In this document: positions 22,432 through 34,416 of the stretch, one piece after another
How the letters are laid out: the number at the start of each line of letters is the position of its first letter
Position numbering within the stretch: the first letter of the stretch is position 1
Source of the DNA: Torpedo marmorata
Lineage: Eukaryota
Direction of reading: 5' to 3'
NCBI GenBank assembly: GCA_977017645.1
Contig: OZ360232.1
Location: forward strand, 58,962,001 to 59,026,000
DNA: 64,000 nucleotides
The notes under the pieces: generated by a model
The model's input: only the letters and a program-made list of their open reading frames with translations
Told to the model about the DNA's origin: nothing
Database searches by the model: none
Program-made: the position numbers and the translations under genes

Positions 22432-23335
22432 GTCAAATTTGCTTTTATTGTCATGTGATAATGCATAAAACTGTAATATCCATATACTACAACTTTTGTC
22501 TGCTGTGAGGCAAACAAAGAGTCAACATGAGCATTGCCCGGCACACCTAACAATAAGAGAAATAGAAGCAAATGAGAATTCCTTCAGAGACACTGAGGGT
22601 CCGTGGAGTCGCTTCCAGTGCTCCCTGAGCCTCTGCACCCACACACACTCTGTTCAAACCAATGGCAAACCAAACTCCAGGTTCAAACATCCGACACGAT
22701 CAGGAAGCTTTCAGCGCTTATGGCCCTACAAGAGCTCTTCTCGCCCTCAGCACCCTCTCGAATCCTGGTTTTGATATCTGGCTCCCATGAACCAATCTCC
22801 AGCAGCCTGTGTGGGTCTTTCGACCACGTCGCCAGCAGCTGGCAGCTGGTGTGAGTCCTTCAACCGCAAGTCGTCAGCAGCCTGCAGCCTGTGTGGGTCT
22901 TTCGACCACGTCGCCAGCAGCTGGCAGCTGGTGTGAGTCCTTCAACCGCAAGTCGTCAGCAGCCTGCAGCCTGTGTGGGTCCTGCAGCCACTGAGTCCCT
23001 CGCTGGTCCACTGCATTGGTCACCTTCCCTGTAGGGTTGTCTCCCAGGCTTCTCCTTCTCAATGGGAAGAGTCCTCCCCATTTCTGCTGCGCTGCGCCGG
23101 CCCTGTGCTCCCCTTGAGTCTGTATCCCACATGGTAAACTTCCCAGCAAAGTTGCCACCATCTTGGGCACAGACCTCCATTGTGGCAGTATTTGAATAAA
23201 AAAACACCGTCTGCTCCTCTAACGGTCTGCTTAAAGCCTGTACAGAACAGTTAGCATCACAACCGGGCAGTAGGACCCTGTGGAGCAGCACTGTGTCTCT
23301 GCTCCGTTACAGCAGCTCCGGCAATCCCGCCACTT
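22432..23335 (-). mobile_element. Second copy of the unclassified non-autonomous retroposon
   Basis: Homologous blocks to 5385-6182; minus-strand tail CATGACAATAAAAG. Confidence 0.55.
22801..22981. repeat. 82-bp tandem repeat (~2.2 copies; dimer of ~41-bp subunits)
   Basis: CAGCCTGTGTGGGTC starts at 22803, 22885 and 22967. Confidence 0.9.
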
Positions 23336-23394
23336 TACCTCCCTCATAATACCGGCAAACTAAGTAGAAGGAAAAAATGAACTTGCATATTGCT

Positions 23395-23705
23395 AAGTTC
23401 AAAGTTCAAGTTCAAAGTTCAGATTTATTGTCAGAGTACATACATGACAACACATACAACCCTGAGATTCTTTTTCCTGCGAGCCAGGCAGAATTTCTAC
23501 TTCTAGGTAGTGCTAAAAATTGGTCTCAGAAAAAGATATGAATACAAAAGAGAGAAATGTAAACAAAGAAAAAGTGCAAACAAAGAAAATAAATATTCAA
23601 TAATAAATAAAGTGTACAGTAAAAGTCCTTAAATGAGTTTTTCATTGAGTTTGTTGTTTAGGAGTCTGATGGTGGAGGGTAGCAATTGTTCCTGAACCTG
23701 GTGAT
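23395..23705 (-). mobile_element. Rex1-like LINE 3' tail
   Basis: (AAGTTC)n then TTTATTGTCA; inner end TGTTCCTGAACCTG. Confidence 0.55.
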
Positions 23706-23800
23706 ATGGTAAGTTGGTGGAAAAATAACAAATTCTGTCTCCAACAAGTGCACAACTTTGTCTACATATTTAACACACAAATTTTATACAGTATATATAT

Positions 23801-24525
23801 TGTAATGGACCTGTGGTAATATTAATATTTAGGTTAATGTTAAGCTATGTTTCCTATAAATATGTCTTAGGTAATGTAGTGGGTTTGGAACAGGGTTACA
23901 CACACACCTATACAATACATTTAGAAGTGAGGTCATCTTTCAGAGTCGTGACGTCTGCAAGCCAGAGTTATGAACGTCACATGGTTTCCAGGAAACTGGA
24001 GCTGGCAACTTTTAAAATTCCAGTAAATTATCACATAGTTTCCAGGAATTGAGACTGATCTCATTGATGATGTAATGTCACATGATTTTGGAGAAACATA
24101 TTGTCAAATTCAGACATCTTTGGGTCAGTTCAGAAGTCAAGACCCTGTGGGACACACAGGAGTTGGACCCTTGTGAAAGACAGGGTTGAATTACAGTAAC
24201 CGGAATAGGTGCTGTTATGTGTTACTCCTAATAAAAGGGGAATACAGAAAAAAGTGGATTTCGAAAGGGAGACCACTTTCCGACTGTCTTTTTGAAAATA
24301 ATGAGTGCAGCCTCATCGTGGAAGGAAACTCCATAACTCTTAAGAAGAAAAGAGGAAGTTGAAGATCACTAGTGTGAGAGATTAAGAAGAAATCTCTTCC
24401 TGGAAAACAGCTCAACAAAATTTGTGAGCGTGGGAAAATCTAAGAACTCGATGTTAACAAAAATTTTGTTATTGCTTTTAAGCAACAATTTAAAAGAACT
24501 TGCTTCGTAATTACTTCTGAACTAC
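23801..24525 (+). mobile_element. LTR-like sequence (partial, partner end not found)
   Basis: Abrupt TGTAAT start after a (TA)n run and a dense motif cluster; no matching second LTR or TSD seen. Confidence 0.35.
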
Positions 24526-24526
24526 A

Positions 24527-24527
<1 letters not shown>

Positions 24528-24580
<53 letters not shown>

Positions 24581-24600
24581 CACACACACACACACACATA
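24528..24600. repeat. Compound microsatellite (TA)n(GA)n(CA)n
   Basis: Direct reading. Confidence 0.95.
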
Positions 24601-24615
24601 CATATGTACATGTAC

Positions 24616-27600
24616 TGTTATGGACCATGACTGACCATTTGGACCATTTTGGAGTACACACTGGGACCAGGTACTGAAAGAGTTAATTTGCCCAGGACTT
24701 GGTGTACCCAGAGAGAGAGAGAGACCAGAGAGAGAGAGACAGGCTGTGGAAAAGATACTTTGTTGCGCTTTTGCAAAAGCAGGTGCAAACCTCTGCAAAA
24801 AGCATTGAAGTTCAGTGGCAGTTTGGAGTTGCAAAGGCTAGAGAACACATCAAAATCTAGGCTTGTGCATCCCAAGGGAAAAGGCTGGGAGAATAGCACA
24901 TGGCCTCCTGTCTCAGCAAAATCCTGAGTTAAAGCAACTTTTGTGGTGAACAGGCGTGAGATCAGCGAGACCAGCTGTGAGATCCAAGTACACGCCTCAA
25001 TCAGTGGTCTGGGCTTTATACACACACACACACCTTTTAGATAAGAATAGTGTTTATAGAAGTTTGTAGTGGGGTTAATTGTTGTGAAATTATATGTTTA
25101 ATTGTCTTTAATAAATATAAATTTCAATTTTACCCCTTTTGCATTGCGTCTTCAGTCGTTGCTGGTTTGAATTTTGTAACAAAATTGGGGGCTCGTCCTT
25201 GGATTTGAATTAAAAATCCATCTTGGTAATTGAAGGAATCCCATTCTGGTTTAAGACATTCCTTTTATAAAGCTAATTAAAAGCTAGTGTGTGTGAAACA
25301 AAAAACCAGCAACAATGGATGTAGGAACATTTTTGGAATCACCTGAACCTGATACTTTAAAAAAGGCGAAAAAGGAACAGTTAGTGGCTATAGCAACAGA
25401 GTTGGACATTGCTTCTGTAAAACCATCAATGAAAAAGGCAGAGATTGGGAGAAAAATTGTCAAATACTATATAAAAGAAAAAAAGTTTGAGGAGAGCGTG
25501 TTAGAGCAGTTTCCCAAGGTTAAACCTTCTGAAAACATACAGTTGGAAATAAAAAAATTGGAATTGGAACAAAAGAACAGGGAATTGGAACAAAGGAAAT
25601 TGGAATTGGAGGCAGACAGGGAACAAAATAAATTTGAATTGGAACTGGAACAAAAGAAATTAGACACGGAAATGGAACAAAAGAAATTTGACATGGAATT
25701 GGAATTGGAACAAAAGAGATTAGACTTAGAGAACGATGAGAAAAATAGGAGATATGAGCTGGAAAAGATGAGGTTGGAAAATGAGAGGAGACAAGAAGAG
25801 CACCAAGATCAAATTCGTCATCCTGCTGTGGGGTTTTTGGCTAGTAGAGAAGTTAAGTTGGTTCCTCCATTTGAGGAGGCAGAAATAGATAAGTACTTCC
25901 AACATTTTGAGAAGGTGGCTGTAAAATTAAAATGGCCACAAGACCAATGGTCTCTTATGTTACAAAGTGTAATAAAAGGAAAAGCTCTTACCACGGAGCA
26001 AGCTGTTGATTATGAAACGGTGAAAAAGGCTATACTCCAGGCTTATGAGTTAGTTCCAGAGGCTTAAAGACAGAAGTTTAGAAATTTAAAAAGATCAGCA
26101 ACCCAATCTTACACAGAGTTTGCCTATGAAAAGGTTGTGTGTTTTGACAGGTGGTGCACCTCTAAGGCAGTAAACAATGATTGCAATCAATTGAGAGAAT
26201 TGATAATAATCGAGGCGATCAAAAGGTGTGTTCCTAAGGATATAAAGGCATACTGAGATGAAAAGGGGGTGAAAACTTGGCAAAATTCAGCTAAGTTAGC
26301 AGATGAATATGCTTTAACCCACAAGCCTAAGTGAACATCAGGTAGAATTTTCCAAAAGGTCACTGTGGATAATCCTAAGCAAGTGGAAAGTAAATTTGGA
26401 AGTGGTGTTAAGGAAAGGGATGAAGGAAAGTGGAAAAGGGAAAACCCTTCGGGTCCCATTTGCCACTACTGTAGGAAGTTGTCCAGTGTTGAAAAAGAAG
26501 AGAGAAAAGGATGCAACACCTAATGCTTGTATTCAGAGTGAGAAGAGGCATAACACCCAGAAAGGAATTAAATTTACTGACAAAGTTAGGGATGTATTTA
26601 AACCTTTTTTGACTGATGGTTTTGTTTCAGTTAAGGCAGGATCAAAACAAGTTCCAGTGAAAATCTTGCGAGATACTGGAGCTGCTCAGTCACTTGTGTT
26701 AGATAGTGTCTTGGAGTTTTGTGAAGCTACTGACACCGGTGACATAAATTTGATTAAAGGAATTGGGGGTGAAGTTGAGTCCATTCCTTTGCACAAAATA
26801 GTGTTGGACTCAGACTTGGTGGAAGGACCTGTTATAATAGGAGTGAGATCAGAGTTGCCAGTAGAAGGAGTCTCACTGTTGCTAGGCAATGATTTGGCCA
26901 AGGGTAAAGTAGTTCCAGCAGTGCGAATGACCACTAAGCCAGTCATTGATAAGCCAGAGAAAGACTCTGATATTTATGCGGCATGTGCCATAACCAGGGC
27001 CATGTCTAAGAAAAATGTCACTGCAGAGAAGGCAGTGGAAAATAACTTGGTGAAAGAAAAAGTCAGTGATAATCAAGAACACCTGGAAAAGGTTGAGCAA
27101 TCTCCTATGTTACACCCATCCACTGATAAGACACCTAAAGGCACAGATTTGTCACTATCCAGACAGGAGCTAATAGCAAGGCAAAAGGACGATCCTGATC
27201 TTGCTGAGGTGAGGGATAAGGTTCTCTCTGAAGAGGAGATTAAAAAGGTGCCAGTGGGTTATTATGAAAATGGTGGGGTGTTGATGAGAAAGTGGAGACC
27301 ATGTGATGTTCCTGCCAATGAAGAATGGGCAGTAGTGCAGCAGGTTGTGATCCCTAAAGTATATAGGGATGCAATAATAACTTTGGCTCATAGTACACCC
27401 TTAGGTGGTCACCTTGGGGTGAAGAAAACTATAAGGAAAATAATGAAACAATTTTATTGGCCCACTTTGAGAAGGGAGGTTGTAAGCTTTTGCTGGGCCT
27501 GTCACACTTGTCAGGTGGTGGGTAAACTTAATCAGGGTCCCCCAGTGGCACCCTTACAACCTATCCCTGCTTTCAGTGAGCCTTTCTCGAGAGTGATTGT

Positions 27601-30184
27601 GGACTGTGTTGACCCATTGCCAAAAACCAAAGCGGGGAATGAGTATTTGTTAACAATTATGTGTGCAGCCACCAGATTTCCAGAGGCCATTCCTCTGAGA
27701 AACATTAAAGCAAAGTCAATTGTAAAGGCTATGGTAAAGTTTTTCACCTTGGTCGGTTTGCCAAGGGAAATTCAATCAGATCAGGGCAGTAATTTCATGT
27801 CAGGCGTTTTCCAACAAGTGGTTAATGGACTGGGAGTTAAACAGATTGTATCCTCTGCGTACCATCCAGAAAGTCAAGGGGCCTTGGAGAGGTTCCATTC
27901 GACTTTGAAAAACATGATTAGAACCTATTGTTGTGAGAAGGAAAAGGATTGGGATGAGGGGGTTCATTTGTTGTTATTTGCAGTGAGGGAGTCTGTCCAA
28001 GAATCACTTGGTTTTAGTCCATACGAGTTAGTTTTCGGATATGAGGTGAGAGGTCCTTTAAGATTATTAAAAGAACAGTGGATTAATAGTGATGTGCATT
28101 TAAATCTGTTAGATTATGTTTCCAAATTTAAGGATCGATTGCATAGGGCTTGTGAGATGGCAAAGGAGAATTTAAAGGCCACTCAACAGAGAATGAAGGT
28201 TTGATATGATCGAAAGGCTAAGATGAGAACTTTTAAACCTGGTGAGAACGTATTAGTTCTGTTTCCCATCCATTCAAATCATCTTAGGGCGAGATTTTCA
28301 GGACCATATAGAGTTAAGTCAAAAATTAATGATGTCACCTATGTCATAGAAACACCTAATCGCAGACGAGACACACAGGTCTGTCATGTGAATATGATTA
28401 AGCCATATTTTGTACAGGTGCCGCACAAAGGGACTGAAAATTTACCAGAGGTACTGGTTATTGACAGGGCTAAGGAGGAGACAGTTTCAGAGAGGGTCAT
28501 GGGACTGTTAATTCTCGGGGTTATGTAGTAGGACAGGGGAAGTTGGCGCCAGTAGAGGAAAAGGTTGTGACTATTTCCGAGTTCCCTGTTCCCACTAGTG
28601 AGAAAACTCTGAGGAGGTTCTTGGGAATGATTGGCTACTACCGCAAGTTCTGTAAAAACTTTGCTGATCTTGCGCTCCCTCTCACAAATTTGCTTAGAAA
28701 GAAAGAAAAATTTGTATGGTCAACAGGTTGTCAGGAAGCATTTGTCAAAATGAAAGCCATGTTATGCCACCAACCTGTGCTTAAGTCACCTAATTTAGAA
28801 CAGCCGTTTTCTTTAGCCGTGGATGCCAGCGATGAAGCTGTGGGTGCGGTGCTGTTACAGAAGAAGAACGAAGAGGTCATTGACCATCCGGTATCCTACT
28901 TCTCGAAGAAGTTCAATGATCATCAAAGGAATTATTCAACCATATAAAAAGAGTTGTTGGCTCTTGTGTTGGTTCTACAACACTTTGATGTGTATATCTG
29001 TACAGCTCAAGAACCACTCATAGTGTATACTGACCATAATCCATTGGTTTTTGTTTGTAAAATGAAAAATAAGAATCGACGGTTGTTAAATTGGCGTCTA
29101 ATTTTGCAAGAATATGATTTGGTAATCACATATATAAAAGGGAAAGATAATGTAATTGCTGATTGTCTTTCTAGATGTTAAACTTTATCAATGAAAATAG
29201 TTCATATTTTGTATTTGTGGATGAACATTGTAGATTTTGTTTATATTGTGACACCTCAAATTATTTCCAAAATTTTGTTCTTGCAGACCAAAATTTTCTT
29301 TGTGGGTGGGAGGTGTTATGGACCATGACTGACCATTTGGACTGCGGACGGTCAGCAGGAAGGATGAAGTCTTTTGGAGTACACACTGGGACCAGATACT
29401 GAAAGAGTTAACTTGCCCAGGACTTGGTGTACCCAGAGAGAGAGAGAGAGCAGAGAGAGAGACAGGCTGTGGAAAAGATACTTTGTTGCACATTTGCAAA
29501 AGCAGGTGCAGACCACTGCAAAAAGCAGGCAGTTTGGAGTTGCAAAGGCTAGAGAACACAGCAAAATCTAGGCTTGTGCATCCCAGAGAAAACACTGGAA
29601 GAATAGCACATGGCCTCCTGTCTCAGAGAAATTCTGAGTTAAAAGCAACTTCTGTGGAGAACAGGCGTGAGATCAGCGAGACCAGCTGTGAGATCCAAGC
29701 TTACGCCTCAATCAGTGGTATACTGATCTGAACTCAGCAATCCTTATGAAAACACAAGAAGGGAATGTCATCAGTGAAGAAAAACAAGTATTTGTAAGCA
29801 TAAACAGTCATTGTCTCTCTCCAATGTTCATTCAGAAGTACTTCTACCAGCACACAGAGCTGAATTTGAAACCTGAACTTAGAGAGTGAATTTTGTGGAC
29901 TGTTTTATTCTTTTTTTTGACTGACTTGTTTTTATGACTGACCTGGGGTTTTTTTGGCGAAAGTTTTTCCATTTTTACATAAGGGTTGGGCAGACTGTAA
30001 TGGTCTGGTCTTTACAAACACACACACACACACACACCTTTTAGATAAGAATAGTGTTTATAGACGTTTATAGTGGGGTTAATTGTTGTGAAATTTTATG
30101 TTTAATTGTGTTTAATAAATATAAATTTCAATTTTACACCTTTTGCATTGCGTCTTCTGTCGTTGCTGGTTTGATTTTGTAACA
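24616..30184 (+). mobile_element. Gmr1-like gypsy LTR retrotransposon, copy 1 (RT core deleted)
   Basis: LTRs 24616-25181 (internally deleted) and 29314-30184, both TGTTATGG...TGTAACA. tRNA-Pro PBS TGGGGGCTCGTCC 25186-25198; PPT GGGTGGGAGG. Domain order Gag-PR-IN-(RT end)-RH. Confidence 0.92.
25315..29181 (+). pseudogene. gag-PR-IN-RNaseH polyprotein pseudogene (several stops/frameshifts)
   Basis: LRDTGAAQS protease, H..GGHLG..C..CHTC, SDQGSNF, ALERFH, FSGPY, DASDEAVGAVL, YTDHNPL, ADCLSR. Confidence 0.9.
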
Positions 30185-30859
30185 ATTAGCACAACATAAT
30201 ACTTACATGGCGGTTATCCCGGGTGGTTTGACGTCTATATTGCAACCTCTCGATGTCTGCTTGAACAAGCCATTCAAAGACCACGTGCGTGAAGAGTGGA
30301 ATACATGGATGTCGAGTGCAGAAAAATCATTTACAAAAGGCGGGGCAATGCGTGCTGCATCGCTTGATGTGCTGTGTGACTTCGTGCTCAAGGCATGGGA
30401 CAAAGTGAAAGTAGAGACTATAATAAAATCATTTAAAAAGTGCGGTATCTCTTGTGCAATTGATGGTATGGAAGATGATTTATTGTGGGACACTGACGAC
30501 GAAGCTGAAGACGCCTCATCAGATACTGACTGGGACCCGTACGATGACTGTTTAAACAGTGAGACCCCGGATGTGCTTGCCGAGATCTTTGCCTCAGACG
30601 ATGATAGCGAAAGTGTCTTGTTGTTTTCAATAAAAATGTCAATGAAAATTTGTTGCAGTCGGGTTTTTTTTTGGTTTTCAAGGATCGACTTATACGCCGA
30701 ATCGTGTTTTCAAGGGTCGACTTATACGCCGAATCGGCGTGAACTGGATTTTGAGCTGATTTTAAGGTCTCAAAAGTATATCCGGTGTATAAGTCGACCC
30801 CCGTTTTTTGAGACATTTTTGAGGGTTTCAAGGGTCGACTTATACGCCAAAATATACAG
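30185..30859 (+). mobile_element. pogo-family transposon 3' half (DDE_1 transposase C-terminus + right TIR)
   Basis: VIPGGLTSILQPLDVCLNKPFK; end TCGACTTATACGCCAAAATATACAG|TA. Confidence 0.85.
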
Positions 30860-30898
<39 letters not shown>

Positions 30899-32926
30899 GT
30901 ATGTGTTCTTCTAACGCTAACCTTCCCCTCATCCCAGAATCTCTCGATTTATATGATCGATTTTTTTTAAGTGAAGAGCTCTCTCCTGCCCTCTCCTTTC
31001 ACCTTGGCCGTAGCATTGTGCATCTTTGATTTCTGATCCCAAAACAATGCCATATGAACTTATGGACTAAGTTTAAGAAATCACTGTAACACTTCACCTA
31101 ACACTAATATACAACAACTAAGATCATAGCCTGTCACACATGGTAGAAGACTTGAGAGAGGGGAGCTGCACATGGTGAGTTGCCAGGCCAGAATAGGCTG
31201 TAGCTAGATCAATATAAAGCATCATCAGTATGTTAGCTCACCCGGTTGTGTTACCATTCACCCATTCTACTCTGAAAACCTGAGATAGAGACCACAGTGG
31301 AATCCTATATGAGTAGGGGTGGCTTGATTCAAATTTGTCCATGGCTTTTCCTGGCTTTTGGGGAACTGAAAGCCTTTACTTTCAAGCAAAAGGTTTTGGT
31401 CAGTTCCGCGTCATCTATTAGGAAGTAGCAAGCAATGGTCAGCATGTATCTGGAGTAGGATCTATTGATTACATTAATACAAGTGAGAACAACCTTCCAA
31501 CTATTTCCAGATGTAATTTACAAGCAGTAATCAGTTTTGAATTTACAGGGGCAGCTGAATTAACAAACTGCCATCTGTGGGAGGAGCTGACTACTGGATC
31601 ATGGTCCAAGGACACTAAAGAAAAAGGCTTTAGAAATTGACAAGACAATATGATCTCTCAGCAGGTACATGCATGAAGATATCTGTTATATATTGGAAAA
31701 AGCAAATGTAACATGACCATGAGACATTCTAGAATGTACAATGTTAATTGGACTACATCAAAACCCTAGACACAACTGCATTGAGAGGGAATGTGAAATA
31801 TGTACTGAGACAAAACAGATGAATGTCTAGTTATTGGAACCAAATATTAAACCATTAAAGTCTATGATTTTTTGTACATTATGATCTTGATAAAGAGGGC
31901 TCTTTATCTCCAATCCCAAACTGAGATCAAGGGGGGTGGGTGTGTTCCACGCTGACTATTTTGCCACTTGGTACATCAAACATAGTCATTGGCATATTTA
32001 TTTAGTCAATCAATGCTTGCTATGTTGTGGGTCAAAGAAGGATGCTTTGCATGTCTGGATTTTGATCTCATAACTTTTTAGTTTATTGACATGAAACACC
32101 TTGTCTCAACATATGTGTTTGTTGGTCCTAAAATATGTTCCCAGTGCAAGTGTATAATTCTATGGAACCATTTGTTCACACACAAAAATTTTGAGCCAAA
32201 TTATATATTGTAGCTATTGCATTTGATCATCTGCTGTTACCTTTCCACCTAAAAGTATAAAAACTCAATGTGTTTTGAATTTCAAGAGATTCTTCCATCA
32301 GGTCTCCGAATATGTTTGTTTGGAGTGAATAAAGTCCTGTTCTAGACTTGGAGTAAGTCTTCCAACCACCACGTCATCTCTGGTGGACTCAGCCATTGTT
32401 TGGGCCGTTACATTTTACACTGGATCGCCACTGTGAAACAGGCAGAAGCTCCCCAACTTGTGTGTCTTGCCGTAGCATCTCAGGCATCCAATCTCAGCCA
32501 TGGCTCCATATACCTGACTTTGAAGGAGGAAAAGAGTACCGGTAACTATTCCAGCAGTCCAGTGAGTGGGAGATTAATGATGAAGGTTGATGAATGTCCT
32601 GTGTTTGGTAATATTGTGTGTTAAATGTGTGCATGGAGCTCAGTTCAATAGGTTGGTTATTCAATGATCATGAAATACCATTCAATTTTATGAGGTGTGA
32701 ATGAATATTGTGACAGTGAGACAATCAAAAATGCGCCTGTAAGGAGCTTGTATTACATAAAAACATGTTCTACACTATTACATTTCCATATAAAGACATG
32801 GAACTTTGTTTTGCATGTGCCTGATTTTTAGGGAACATGTGCAGCATTAAGACTCAAAATTGGGGCACAAGATGCCATGTCCACACCATTGGGAAATGGG
32901 TGGGTCTCCAAATTGATAAAGAAATA

Positions 32927-33146
32927 CAGTAAAACCTCTGGTATTCAGCACCTATGGGGATTGGTAGATGCTGGATAAGTGTATTTTCCGGTTGCTTGAG
33001 ATTGCATGTTGCGTGATTGGCGAACTAACGGCGAGGTGCGCCAATTTTAAACTTCCGTATTTTTTATCTATTTATTTTCCTCAATTTTTTTTCCAGTTGC
33101 TTGAGGCTGCTGGTTGCTTGAATTCTGGATAACAGGGATTTCACTG
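32927..33146. mobile_element. Tigger-like MITE
   Basis: TIR CAGTAAAACCTCTGGTATTCAG vs revcomp CAGTGAAATCCCTGTTATCCAG; TA TSD. Confidence 0.75.
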
Positions 33147-33636
33147 TATGTGGACTTCATGACCATTAGTAGCATATAGAGCTGTGGGATGATGATGTGG
33201 ATGAATATGTTAAGTTTCTTTATACATATTATGTATTGGTCTATATGCCTCTCTTTCTTTGTATTTTGCCTATAAAGTTGATCCTCTTGTGGCTGCAATG
33301 TGCATCAGTCAAGGAGGTAGGAGATGGAGCCGGACAGTGATCATGCAGCTCTTGGCTAGGAGTTCTGGCTTCAGCCTCACCCCCTTGACAAGAGTTGGAG
33401 TAGCATGGGCTGTAGTGAATTCATATACTTCAGAAATGCAGATTCTGAAGGGCATGATTATTGATATCACCCATTTGTGTTAATGGACAATTAACTGCCT
33501 TCAATAAAAGATGATGGTAGCTTTATCCATGTTACTTACAATAGAAAACAGCAACACAAAGTCTAATGACACAGCAGCTGTTATGTTTGCCCTTGCATCA
33601 GTGTACGTTAAGTAAAGGTGAGGAACTTGCAACAGT

Positions 33637-34416
33637 AGCCCTTTTCACTCTGGCTAACCTGTAAATTGGCCGTTCAATGAAGCCATTTTTGACGTTCACA
33701 CTGGACCACTGTTAACCGGTTCTCTGCGTTCTTTCACACTCACCACCAGGCATCCCCGGGGAGAAGAGCGCCTATCCTCCACCGGTGACGTCTGAGTGAA
33801 ACATCGAGCGATGGCGGACCTGCCCTCCCAGAATTCTGTGCAGCAGAGAAACCCCTCCATGATTGCTCTGTGCATACAGCCCTTTCTCTGCCGCACAGAA
33901 TTCTGGGAGGGCAGGTCTATCATCGCTCTCTCTCTCTCTATTGCCGCTACCACTTTCCCACAGTCCTTTATAAATTTATAAAGGTTTATATAGGTCAGCA
34001 CAACAACAGGGGCTGAAGTGCTCATACTGTGCTGTACATAATGCTTAATTATGTTATAATTAGGCATGATTAATTTTGTTTAAATACAAGATCATAATAC
34101 CTTGATCAGGATTTAATAAGTTGAATACAAAGTTTATACCTTCTTTTTAATCTTTTGTTTCCTTCATGTTCCTGCACTCATGCAAAAACGTCATCAACGC
34201 GTCACTACTTTGTCCCTGGATAGTCCATGTCCCTTTCACACTGGGCTAATCAGCACGCAGGTGTCAGATGACCCCGGGGATGATACAACCTACCTAGACA
34301 GTCCATCCCCAGGGTGATTTGACGCCTGCGTGCCGATTTGGGAGTGTTCACACTGGCCCCTTAACCGGTATATTGGCCGTTAATTACTAGGATAAGGTGC
34401 CAGTGTGAAAGGGGCT
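33637..34416. mobile_element. PIF/Harbinger-type MITE
   Basis: TIR AGCCC(T/C)TTTCAC(T/A)CTGGC, 3-bp TSD AGT, internal ~35-bp stem 33808-33926. Confidence 0.8.
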
